Below, one piece after another: positions 1 through 7,546 of a DNA stretch of 32,000 nucleotides. Both the position numbers and the translations under genes were made by a program. The DNA is from Pirellula staleyi DSM 6068 (lineage in GTDB: Bacteria; Planctomycetota; Planctomycetia; Pirellulales; Pirellulaceae), in the NCBI GenBank assembly GCA_000025185.1, contig CP001848.1:5940001-5972000 (forward strand), read 5' to 3'. The notes under the pieces were generated by a model. That model was not told where the DNA came from and ran no database searches. It saw only the letters and a list, made by a program, of their open reading frames with translations. Position 1 is the first letter of the stretch. Each line of letters begins with the position of its first letter.

Positions 1-140
1 CGCTGTCGCTTGCCCTGACGCGCATGAAGTGGGGGAAGCCTCGCGATACCACCCCCAGCCGATTTCTGTTCGAAATCATCGGTCAGGCAGATAATCCTCA
101 CTCGCGCGGCGGAACTCGCCCTCGTAGTTCCAGCCGCTAG
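1..140 (+). CDS. C-terminal fragment of a UvrD/PcrA/Rep-type superfamily-1 DNA helicase (5' part lies outside the window)
   Basis: Frame +3 is open from the window edge and reads LSLALTRMKWGKPRDTTPSRFLFEIIGQADNPHSRGGTRPRSSSR*, with TAG at 138-140. G-x6-PSRFL-x-E matches the conserved extreme C-terminal tail of UvrD/PcrA helicases. Only 45 codons are visible, so the call rests on this one motif. Confidence 0.5.
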   Translation, partial: LSLALTRMKWGKPRDTTPSRFLFEIIGQADNPHSRGGTRPRSSSR

Positions 141-166
141 TAGATCTTGCACGAAGCATTTTTGTG

Positions 167-1645
167 CTACGTCAGGATCTCTTTCACCACATGTCCCTCA
201 ACATCGGTGAGGCGGAAATCGCGACCCTGGAACCGATAGGTCAGCTGCTCGTGATTCACTCCCATGAGGTGCAAAATCGTGGCATTCAGGTCGTGAATAT
301 GGACCGGCTTGTCGACGACGTTGTAGCTGAAGTCGTCGGTCTCACCATGCACCACGCCCGGTTTCACACCAGCTCCTGCCATCCACATGGTGAAGCAGCG
401 GGGATGGTGATCGCGACCATGATTTTCCTTGGTGAGGGTCCCTTGGCTGTAGACCGTACGGCCAAACTCGCCACCCCAAACGACAAGCGTATCTTCGAGC
501 ATGCCACGTTGCTTTAGATCCTTCAGCAAACCGGCGGCAGGCTGATCCATGCTCTTGCACAGAAGTGGAATCTGCTTCGGCAAGTTGTTGTGATGATCCC
601 AGCCTCGCAAAAAGACCTGGGTGAAACGGACACCACGTTCGGCCAAGCGACGTGCGAGCAAACAGTTGTACGCAAAGGTTCCAGGCTCTTTTACTTCCGG
701 GCCATACAGATCGAGCGTTTCCTGCGTCTCTTTCGAGACATCGACGAGTTCCGGAACCGACGACTGCATGCGATACGCCATCTCGTACTGCGCGATGCGC
801 GACGTGATTTCGGGATCCCCTACCGCTTCGTACTTCTGCTGATTGAGCTCAGCCAAACCATCGAGCATCTTGCGGCGAGTTTCTTTCGAAACACCACCTG
901 GATTCGACAGATAAAGGACCGGATCGCCACTACTACGTAGCGCCACACCTTGATGCTTGGTCGGCAAAAAGCCCGATCCCCACAAGCGTGAGAAGAGGGC
1001 TTGGGATGAGGAACCAGGCGCTAGTTTCGAGTGCAGCACGACATACGCTGGCAGGTCTTGGTTTTCACTTCCGAGACCATAACTACTCCAGGCACCCATG
1101 CTCGGCCGACCTGGAATTTGACTCCCCGTTTGGATGTAGGTGATCGCTGGATCGTGGTTGATCGCCTCAGTGTTCATCGTCTTGATGATGGCGATATCGT
1201 CGACCACTTCACCCAGTTTGGGAAGGAGTTCACTGAGCCAGGTTCCGTTCTTGCCGTGCTGAGCAAACTTGAAGGTCGACGGCGCCACAGGCAACCGGGA
1301 TTGCCCCGACGTCATCGTCGTGATGCGTTGTCCTTGACGAATCGATTCGGGCAAATCCTTATCGAAAAAATCAGCCAGTTTCGGCTTATAGTCAAACAAG
1401 TCGAGCTGTGAAGGAGCATCGGCCATGAAAAGCCAAATGACCCGTTTTGCTTTCGGCGCGTGATGCAGCGACTTGAGTGCGCCAAGTGAAACGAGTTCAT
1501 TGGCCGCAGCTACTTTCGCGGCGTCGTCGGCCTGCGAATCGTGTGCAAGGAGCGAGGCTAGCGCTGCGGTCCCGAGACCGTGAGCCATCTTTCCAAAGAA
1601 GTAGCGGCGTGTGTGAGCAGCGAGCAAATCGTCGAACATAGACAT
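167..1645 (-). CDS. DUF1501 family protein (sulfatase/alkaline-phosphatase-like fold, Tat-type signal)
   Basis: 492-aa ORF. The N-terminus [24 protein letters not shown] resembles a twin-arginine signal. The body carries motifs typical of planctomycete DUF1501 proteins ([24 protein letters not shown]). It lies directly downstream of a PSCyt/DUF1549/DUF1553 gene, its usual partner. Confidence 0.85.
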   Translation of the reverse strand: MSMFDDLLAAHTRRYFFGKMAHGLGTAALASLLAHDSQADDAAKVAAANELVSLGALKSLHHAPKAKRVIWLFMADAPSQLDLFDYKPKLADFFDKDLPESIRQGQRITTMTSGQSRLPVAPSTFKFAQHGKNGTWLSELLPKLGEVVDDIAIIKTMNTEAINHDPAITYIQTGSQIPGRPSMGAWSSYGLGSENQDLPAYVVLHSKLAPGSSSQALFSRLWGSGFLPTKHQGVALRSSGDPVLYLSNPGGVSKETRRKMLDGLAELNQQKYEAVGDPEITSRIAQYEMAYRMQSSVPELVDVSKETQETLDLYGPEVKEPGTFAYNCLLARRLAERGVRFTQVFLRGWDHHNNLPKQIPLLCKSMDQPAAGLLKDLKQRGMLEDTLVVWGGEFGRTVYSQGTLTKENHGRDHHPRCFTMWMAGAGVKPGVVHGETDDFSYNVVDKPVHIHDLNATILHLMGVNHEQLTYRFQGRDFRLTDVEGHVVKEILT

Positions 1646-1658
1646 AAAATATTCTCCA

Positions 1659-1699
1659 CAAGTGCTTGAACTATTTCTTCAAATTCCTTCAAGCACTTG
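1659..1699 (-). promoter_or_regulatory. Intercistronic stem-loop (12-bp perfect inverted repeat) between the PSCyt/DUF1553 and DUF1501 genes
   Basis: caagtgcttgaa (1659-1670) and ttcaagcacttg (1688-1699) are exact reverse complements, separated by a 17-nt loop. On the minus-strand mRNA the 3' arm ends just before tGGAGaatattttATG, the putative SD and start of the DUF1501 gene. No U-tract follows, so it is not called a terminator. Confidence 0.4.
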
Positions 1700-1721
1700 G
1701 CGATGATTCTGGAAGAGTGAT

Positions 1722-4700
1722 TTATTCCTTCGTCACGACTTCGTCGAGATTCAGGACCAGGTTGCTCACCATCGTCATCGCGGCGAGACTTGTGACATCG
1801 AGGCTAGCGTCGCGCGGGCTCGCGCCAGTGGCAATCAGTTTTTCAGCAGCCGGTTTGTCGGCGGTGTAGTCGGCCAAGTGGGCCTCGTACATTCGGAGCA
1901 AAACTGCTTGCTCGGCTTCGGTAGGAACTCGCCCGGTCGCGATGCGGAAGGCAAACTTCAGCTGATCGGCGGCTGCAGTTCCCCCTTCTTTCATCGAGCG
2001 TTCGGCCAATTTGCGAGCCGCTTCGACATACTGCTCGTCGTTCATCAGCACGAGGGCTTGCAGCGGCGTGTTGGTGCGAGCCCGACGCACCACACACGCT
2101 TCGCGCGATGGTGCATCAAACGTGGTCAGCGAGGCCGGGGGTGCAGTCCGTTTCCAGAACGTGTAGATGCTGCGGCGAAAGAGGGCTGTCCCTTCATCGC
2201 GTTTGTAGTTCTGCGTGTTGCTCCCTTGGAAAGCGACAGCTTCCCAAATGCCACCTGGTTGATAAGGTCGAACACCACGACCTCCACGTTCTTCGACGAG
2301 CAAACCGCTGGCGAAGAGCGCTGCGTCGCGAATCGCCTCGGCATCGAGACGGAAACGTGGACCACGCGAAAGCCATTCATTGGCAGGATCTTTTGCCAGC
2401 AGATCGGCGGTGATTTTCGACGACTGCTGATAAGCGGTCGACATCACCATCAGCTTCATCATGTGCTTCGTGTTCCAGCCACTTTCGATATACTCGCGAG
2501 CGAGCCAGTCGAGCAGTTCGGGATGTGTGGGGGATTGCCCTTGAGCACCAAAATCTTCTGAGGTTTTTACGATCCCCGCACCAAACAGGTTTTGCCAGTA
2601 GCGGTTGACGGCGACGCGAGCGGTGAGGGGATGATTGGGGTCGACCAGCCACTTGGCGAGCCCGAGGCGATTCTTGGGAAGCGACTCGGCCATCGGAGGA
2701 AGTGCGCCGGGAGTTCCCGCATCGACCTTATCGCCCTTCTTATCGTAAGCCCCTCGGATGAGCACGAATGTTTCGCGCGGCTTTTCCATTTCAGCCATCA
2801 CCAGCGAGGTGGGAATGGCCCCTTCGACTTTAGTCTTTTCAGCCTTCAACTCTTCCGTACGCTTCACAAAGGCCTGTAGTTTTTCCTTCGAGCTTTTGTG
2901 AATGTTCTCGAGGAAGTATTCACGAATTTTGGCTTTGTCGTCGTCGGTTTGCTTGTCGGCCTCTTTTGCAATTAGATCTTTGATCGGCTTAGGAATCGAC
3001 GATTTTGCCTGCGATTTCTCGTAGCTTTGCCAGGCAGCGAGGGACTCGAAACTTCGGCCGAGTTGGGGAGTGCGTGTGACGATGCCAGCAGTATCCCAGT
3101 AGACTGTGCCACCATTCTGAGTGAAGGCCCAGCCGTTGAGCGCGGCCCCAGGAGCGAGCCCAACTTTGGCCGCTTCGACTTCGAGTCGCACCCATTCGCC
3201 CGTTTTGGGAAGGGGTCCCATCTCGATGCGTGATGCGGTTCCGGCAGCACCCCAATCGATCGAGTTATCGCCCCAGTAGCAGCGATGCTCCCAGTTGCCA
3301 TCGTTGAACTGCAGCATCACTTCCTTGGGAGGATTCGTAGGGTCGAGATAGACGTAGGCAAACAGTTTGTCTCCCTCGCCGATCGAGAGTGTGGCCGTGG
3401 CGCCGGTGAAGAAGTGCTGGCTCAGTCCGTCAGCCTTACGCGTCGTCGCTTTCGCACCGCTATGCACCGGGCCTTCTTTCTCGGTGATGAACTGCCATGG
3501 GGTGTTGCCTTGCAACTGCGCACCGGCAGGCGCTTCGTCGTCGATCCAGACGAAGTCTTTCGGTTCGCTGGTGTTCCCATCGGCGGTTTCACCAGGGTCG
3601 ACATACTCGAGGGAAGCGAGCGTTGTTTTGCGCTCGTTCTCGGTAGTTTTCAGCTGCTCGTCGAGTTCAGCAAGTTTCTTTTGCTGATCGTCCGAGGCAA
3701 GTTTCATGATCGGCGGTGGCGAGAGGGCGTTGCCATCCATCGCGTTTTCAGCCACGCCGCTGAAGAATGCAAACAGGCTGTAAAAATCTTTTTGCGTCAG
3801 TGGATCGAACTTGTGATCGTGACAAACGGCGCACCCCATCGTGAGCCCCATGAAGACAGTGCTCGTGGTTTCGACGCGATCGACGCCGTAGCGCACCAGC
3901 ACTTCGTCGTTGATCGAGCCACCTTCACTGGTGCTCACGTTGCAGCGATTAAAGCCGGTGGCGACCTTCTGTTCGGGGGTCGCATTCTCAAGTAAATCAC
4001 CTGCGAGCTGCTCGATCGTGAATTGATCGAATGGCTGATTTTTGTTGTACGAAGCAATTACCCAGTCGCGATAAGGCCAGAGCGAACGTTCGTTGTCGAA
4101 GTGCAGCCCGTGCGTGTCGCCGTAGCGAGCAGCGTCGAGCCAGTAGCGGGCCATGTGCTCGCCATAGCGGGGCGAGAGAAGAAGTCGGTCGACCACTTTC
4201 TCATACGCTTCGGGACTTGTGTCAGCGAGGAACGCATCGACTTCCGCCATCGTTGGTGGAAGACCGGTAAGGTCGAGCGTCACGCGTCGCAGCAGCGTCA
4301 CGCGATCGGCTGGCTCGACGAACGTCATGCCGCGTTCTTCGAGTTTTGCAAGCAGAAACTGGTCGATCGGGCCGCGGGCTTTCGCGGCATCACGGACGGA
4401 CGGTGGTGCGGTGCGCTGAGGCGGAACAAAACTCCAGTGAGGCTGATACTCGGCCCCTTCGCTAATCCAGCGCCGGAGGAGTTCCTTTTGCTCAGCGGTC
4501 AGTTTCTTGCCCGATTCGGGGGGCGGCATCTGTACCGACGGATCGTCGCTCAAGATGCGCGCGATAAGCTCGCTCGCTTCAGGCTTGCCGGGCTCGATTG
4601 CTTTGGCGCCCGATTCGAGGGCTGCTGTGGCCCCTTCGAACTGGTCGAGACGAAGTCCAGCAGCACGCTGTTTTTCGTCGAAGCCGTGACACTTAAAGCA

Positions 4701-4868
4701 ATTGTCGGAAAGGATTAAGCGAATGTCGCGACCGAAGTCGAGATGCTTTCCTCCCGGCGCAGTTGCTGCGGGTGCGGGCTCGTCGGCTAGCGACCAAGAG
4801 CAGAACAAGAGGGCTGTTGCCGACGCGAAAACCATTCGCGCAGCACGCCACCAAGACGCGTGGAGCAT
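1722..4868 (-). CDS. Planctomycete cytochrome-c domain / DUF1549 / DUF1553 (PSCyt-PSD) protein, secreted
   Basis: 1048-aa ORF with a signal peptide (MLHASWWRAARMVFASATALLFCSWSLA). It has a CxxCH haem-c motif (NCFKCHG) and a DUF1549-like block (LLLSPRYGEHMARYWLDAARYGDTHG). It also has a second Cys/His motif (GCAVCHDHKFDP) and a DUF1553-like C-terminal block (VNRYWQNLFGAGIVKTSEDFGAQGQSPTHPELLDWLA). Confidence 0.85.
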   Translation of the reverse strand: MLHASWWRAARMVFASATALLFCSWSLADEPAPAATAPGGKHLDFGRDIRLILSDNCFKCHGFDEKQRAAGLRLDQFEGATAALESGAKAIEPGKPEASELIARILSDDPSVQMPPPESGKKLTAEQKELLRRWISEGAEYQPHWSFVPPQRTAPPSVRDAAKARGPIDQFLLAKLEERGMTFVEPADRVTLLRRVTLDLTGLPPTMAEVDAFLADTSPEAYEKVVDRLLLSPRYGEHMARYWLDAARYGDTHGLHFDNERSLWPYRDWVIASYNKNQPFDQFTIEQLAGDLLENATPEQKVATGFNRCNVSTSEGGSINDEVLVRYGVDRVETTSTVFMGLTMGCAVCHDHKFDPLTQKDFYSLFAFFSGVAENAMDGNALSPPPIMKLASDDQQKKLAELDEQLKTTENERKTTLASLEYVDPGETADGNTSEPKDFVWIDDEAPAGAQLQGNTPWQFITEKEGPVHSGAKATTRKADGLSQHFFTGATATLSIGEGDKLFAYVYLDPTNPPKEVMLQFNDGNWEHRCYWGDNSIDWGAAGTASRIEMGPLPKTGEWVRLEVEAAKVGLAPGAALNGWAFTQNGGTVYWDTAGIVTRTPQLGRSFESLAAWQSYEKSQAKSSIPKPIKDLIAKEADKQTDDDKAKIREYFLENIHKSSKEKLQAFVKRTEELKAEKTKVEGAIPTSLVMAEMEKPRETFVLIRGAYDKKGDKVDAGTPGALPPMAESLPKNRLGLAKWLVDPNHPLTARVAVNRYWQNLFGAGIVKTSEDFGAQGQSPTHPELLDWLAREYIESGWNTKHMMKLMVMSTAYQQSSKITADLLAKDPANEWLSRGPRFRLDAEAIRDAALFASGLLVEERGGRGVRPYQPGGIWEAVAFQGSNTQNYKRDEGTALFRRSIYTFWKRTAPPASLTTFDAPSREACVVRRARTNTPLQALVLMNDEQYVEAARKLAERSMKEGGTAAADQLKFAFRIATGRVPTEAEQAVLLRMYEAHLADYTADKPAAEKLIATGASPRDASLDVTSLAAMTMVSNLVLNLDEVVTKE

Positions 4869-5180
4869 GACAATCTACCTGGCTAAAGAAGTGGGGGGAT
4901 CGTTGGCAGGGGCGAACATGGTTCCCAACCCCAGACGTAGCCAGATGAGCAGGTAGTGCCACCTGACGGCGAGTGACCACACGCATTGGGCCGCAGGTTT
5001 TCCGCAGCAGAAACAGGTGTGCAAAGCTCGCAGTCGTCCTACACTCGGAACCAATGTCCGGCACAGGAGGCTCCCACAAACGAGTCGTAGGAGTGAACGT
5101 GCCCCCTTATTGAACCATGAAGGAGGAGCAATGTCCAGCGAAGTTCACACAAGCGGGCAACTTTTAGTAGACATGAAAAA

Positions 5181-5234
5181 CGACGCGCGATCGGCATGCT
5201 CCCGGGAACTGGGATGACAAGCAATCGCGCGTCG
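5181..5234 (-). terminator. Probable intrinsic terminator of the DJ-1/cadherin/RTX gene
   Basis: cgacgcgcgat (5181-5191) and atcgcgcgtcg (5224-5234) form an 11-bp perfect stem. On the minus strand the stem is followed directly by TTTTTCATGT. It lies about 40 nt downstream of the stop at 5273. The 32-nt loop is unusually large. Confidence 0.5.
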
Positions 5235-5272
5235 CGGATGGTTACGGTAAGCCATTCAACAACTTGCGCCGA

Positions 5273-7252
5273 TTAGCGACGCACAAGTTCATCTCCAGGC
5301 TCTTGCTGGTAGATATAGTCGGTCAAACCAGCCAGCAGCCAATCGTTGCCACTTCCGCTAAACAGACAATCGACGGCCGAATCGCCCACCACGCTGAAGT
5401 CGCCACCGAGGTCCCCTTGGTCCCAGATTTGCGCCCGGGTGGCGGCATCGGTGTTCCACTGGGCAAGCAACCCCAGGAGTGAAGCACCAACCGCAGCACT
5501 TTGCAGATCGCCACCAATCAGCAGGTCGTCGTCGGCCTGACCGTTGAGTCGATCAGGTCCCTGGCCACCGATTAGGATGTCGTTACCCAGTCCACCATTG
5601 ATCGTGTCAGTTCCGGCTCCACCCTGCACCAAGTCGGCCCCACCACGAGCTTCAATCTGGTCGTCCCCGTTGCCACCAACGATCCAGTCCGACGAAGCAC
5701 CACCGTAGATTCGGTCGCTCCCCTCACCTCCGTCGATGTAGCTCGGTGCAATAGCGCCGTGCAGTTCGTCGTGGCCATTACCGCCATAGATTTCGACACT
5801 CAAATTCAGCATGCAGGTGCCGACAAAATCATCGCCCCCCAGAGCGTGAATCACAGCCGAGTTCACCGTGCCGGCTGCGAAGCTGAAGTATTGCCCGTTG
5901 CGATAAACCATCACGCTCCCAGCCTGAGCACCGGGATAGACATACAAATAGTCGGCCCCTTCTGTCCCTTGCACAATCAGCACGCCATCCACCACAGCGA
6001 CGGGACTTGCCGGTAGCGTCAGATTGGAAGGTCCCGGTGGAAGTGGCATCGGAGGAGGTGGCGGAGTTTCATCGACGTCGAGAACGGCAATCTCGATACT
6101 GGCCTCCGAACTGAGTTCGCCATCACTCACGGCCACAACCAGCGTGTGGAGTGCATCGGCTTCGAAATCGAGGTTGGTGCTGGAAGCGATCCGAATCTCG
6201 CCCGTCGCTGCGTCGATCGAGAAAATGCCGGACTCGTTGCCACTCACGATCGAGTAAGTGAGCAGATCTTCGGGGTCAACATCGCTGCCGCTTACCTGCA
6301 CGACGAGCGTTGCGATTGCGGAATTCTCTTCAATGGACATTGAGCCATCTGCTATCGTCGGCGCATGGTTGGTGGGTGGAGGAGGATCGATCGGTCCACC
6401 CTCGTCGTCCCCCTCAGCATCTGCGAGCAGATGCGATGCAATCACCTGACCAAACATTGCGGCCGAGTCGTAGTTCTCGGCGGTGATAATTTTTCCATCG
6501 ACCCACACGTCATCGGCCGCGGTATCAGGATCGCCAATCGCGCCAGAGGAACCTTGCGTGATAGCGCCGTTGAAGTCCATCTGCGCTTGCTGCGAGAGTT
6601 CGAAGTAACCGTAATACTGCCCCTGATAGAAGGTGGCTGGCGAACCGATGTAAGGAATGGCAACAGTCCGGCCTGCGAGCAGGCTCACGCCATCGACACG
6701 CGCCCAAGCCAGCACGGTCGTGCCGTGGCAAATGGCCGTGACATACTTGTCCTGCTCCACGAAATCGTTGATCAGTTCATTCACCACTCCCTTCGTCGCC
6801 AGATCGCCGTTGTAGCGACCATCGCTATAAGTTCCTGGGAAGGCATACTGGTACATCGACGAACCCCAGCCCCCCACGAAGACGATGGCCGAATAGTCGG
6901 ACGCATTAACATCCGCTAGTGCAAGGTCGGGAGTAAGAAGACCACCATCGGCTCCTTCACCCGTGTTGACGTGCGGAACTGTTGGGTTCGTAGTAGTTGC
7001 GGCGACTTGCACATCGAGCCCTGCAGCTTCGATCGACATGCGTGTATCGCCGTACTCTTGGTAGTAGAAGTCGCTTTGATCAGCGACCACCATCAGCACC
7101 GGCAAGATATCACTGGCCATCATCGCGCGTGATTCGAGCGACTCAAGACGCAACCTACCTCGTCGATTTTTCGATCGTGAGTGTGATCGACTTGAAGACT
7201 CGCCAGTGCTGCGGCGAAGTGCTTCGCCGAGCCATTTCCAAAGATGTTTCAT
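5273..7252 (-). CDS. Secreted multidomain protein: DJ-1/PfpI-like (class-I glutamine-amidotransferase fold) + cadherin-like repeat + RTX (hemolysin-type) calcium-binding repeats
   Basis: I place the start at ATG 7252 (MKHLWKWLGE...), not at the ORF-track start 7459. The DJ-1/PfpI-like block spans nt 6422-7108 and has the nucleophile-elbow motif YVTAICHGTTVLA. The cadherin-like block reads NHAPTIADGSMSIEENS...VSGSDVDPEDLLTYSIVSGN...FSIDAATGEIRIA...LDFE...HTLVVAVSDG. C-terminal GGxGxD nonapeptides follow (GGNGHDELHG, GGEGSDRIYGG, GGNGDDQIEARGGADLVQGGAGTDTINGGLGNDILIGGQGPDRLNG). Confidence 0.8.
   Translation of the reverse strand: MKHLWKWLGEALRRSTGESSSRSHSRSKNRRGRLRLESLESRAMMASDILPVLMVVADQSDFYYQEYGDTRMSIEAAGLDVQVAATTTNPTVPHVNTGEGADGGLLTPDLALADVNASDYSAIVFVGGWGSSMYQYAFPGTYSDGRYNGDLATKGVVNELINDFVEQDKYVTAICHGTTVLAWARVDGVSLLAGRTVAIPYIGSPATFYQGQYYGYFELSQQAQMDFNGAITQGSSGAIGDPDTAADDVWVDGKIITAENYDSAAMFGQVIASHLLADAEGDDEGGPIDPPPPTNHAPTIADGSMSIEENSAIATLVVQVSGSDVDPEDLLTYSIVSGNESGIFSIDAATGEIRIASSTNLDFEADALHTLVVAVSDGELSSEASIEIAVLDVDETPPPPPMPLPPGPSNLTLPASPVAVVDGVLIVQGTEGADYLYVYPGAQAGSVMVYRNGQYFSFAAGTVNSAVIHALGGDDFVGTCMLNLSVEIYGGNGHDELHGAIAPSYIDGGEGSDRIYGGASSDWIVGGNGDDQIEARGGADLVQGGAGTDTINGGLGNDILIGGQGPDRLNGQADDDLLIGGDLQSAAVGASLLGLLAQWNTDAATRAQIWDQGDLGGDFSVVGDSAVDCLFSGSGNDWLLAGLTDYIYQQEPGDELVRR
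5501..5839 (-). repeat. Coding tandem RTX GGxGxD nonapeptide repeat block within the 5273-7252 CDS
   Basis: About 113 codons run from GGDDFVG to LIGGDLQ and contain at least eight Gly/Asp-rich nonapeptide units. One further unit (GSGNDWLLAG) lies downstream of the block. Confidence 0.7.
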
Positions 7253-7424
7253 AGCCCGTTCCTTCTCTCTGTTCCGGTAGATAAGAGTCCGCGAAGAAGC
7301 AGCCACAGAGTTGCTTGTCGGACAGAGAAAGAATGGCAATTCGCGCCGCGACCTTTCAGCAAGAGGGAAACAATTTGCGGGGTTTAATGCCAGCAACGGT
7401 CCTGAGGCAAGCAAGAAATAAAGA

Positions 7425-7456
7425 AAGACTTCTCTGCAGAGTCGCAAAGAAGTCTT
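7425..7456 (-). terminator. Probable intrinsic terminator after the Ser/Thr kinase gene
   Basis: aagacttct (7425-7433) and agaagtctt (7448-7456) form a 9-bp perfect stem with a 14-nt loop. On the minus strand it is followed by TCTTTATTTCTT. It lies about 90 nt downstream of the kinase stop (7547) and upstream of the RTX gene start (7252). Confidence 0.5.
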
Positions 7457-7546
7457 CAAATTAACCTCAATATATTGTGAGTTATTACAACACTATTTCC
7501 ATCGAATTAGCACCGACTTATTCATGTTTTATTCACAAATTACTGA

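Noticed and set aside
3285-3995. 236-aa plus-strand ORF, and several other 60-230-aa ORFs, inside the 1722-4868 gene
   Set aside because: They are antisense shadow ORFs of a GC-rich gene with strong domain evidence. Their translations are Arg/Gly/Ala-rich with no motifs.
5131-5217. 28-codon ORF (MSSEVHTSGQLLVDMKNDARSACSRELG) preceded by a perfect AAGGAGG 5 nt upstream
   Set aside because: The strong SD is eye-catching. However, the ORF runs into the 11-bp-stem terminator hairpin of the convergent gene, has no recognisable features, and could arise by chance. It is worth checking only if ribosome-profiling data exist.
7253-7459. 69-codon N-terminal extension of the RTX-protein ORF (ORF-track start at 7459)
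   Set aside because: The extension runs through the terminator-like hairpin and AT-rich DNA and has odd composition. The internal Met at 7252 has an upstream AGAAGGA and begins the basic/ESLESR-type N-terminus typical of such proteins.
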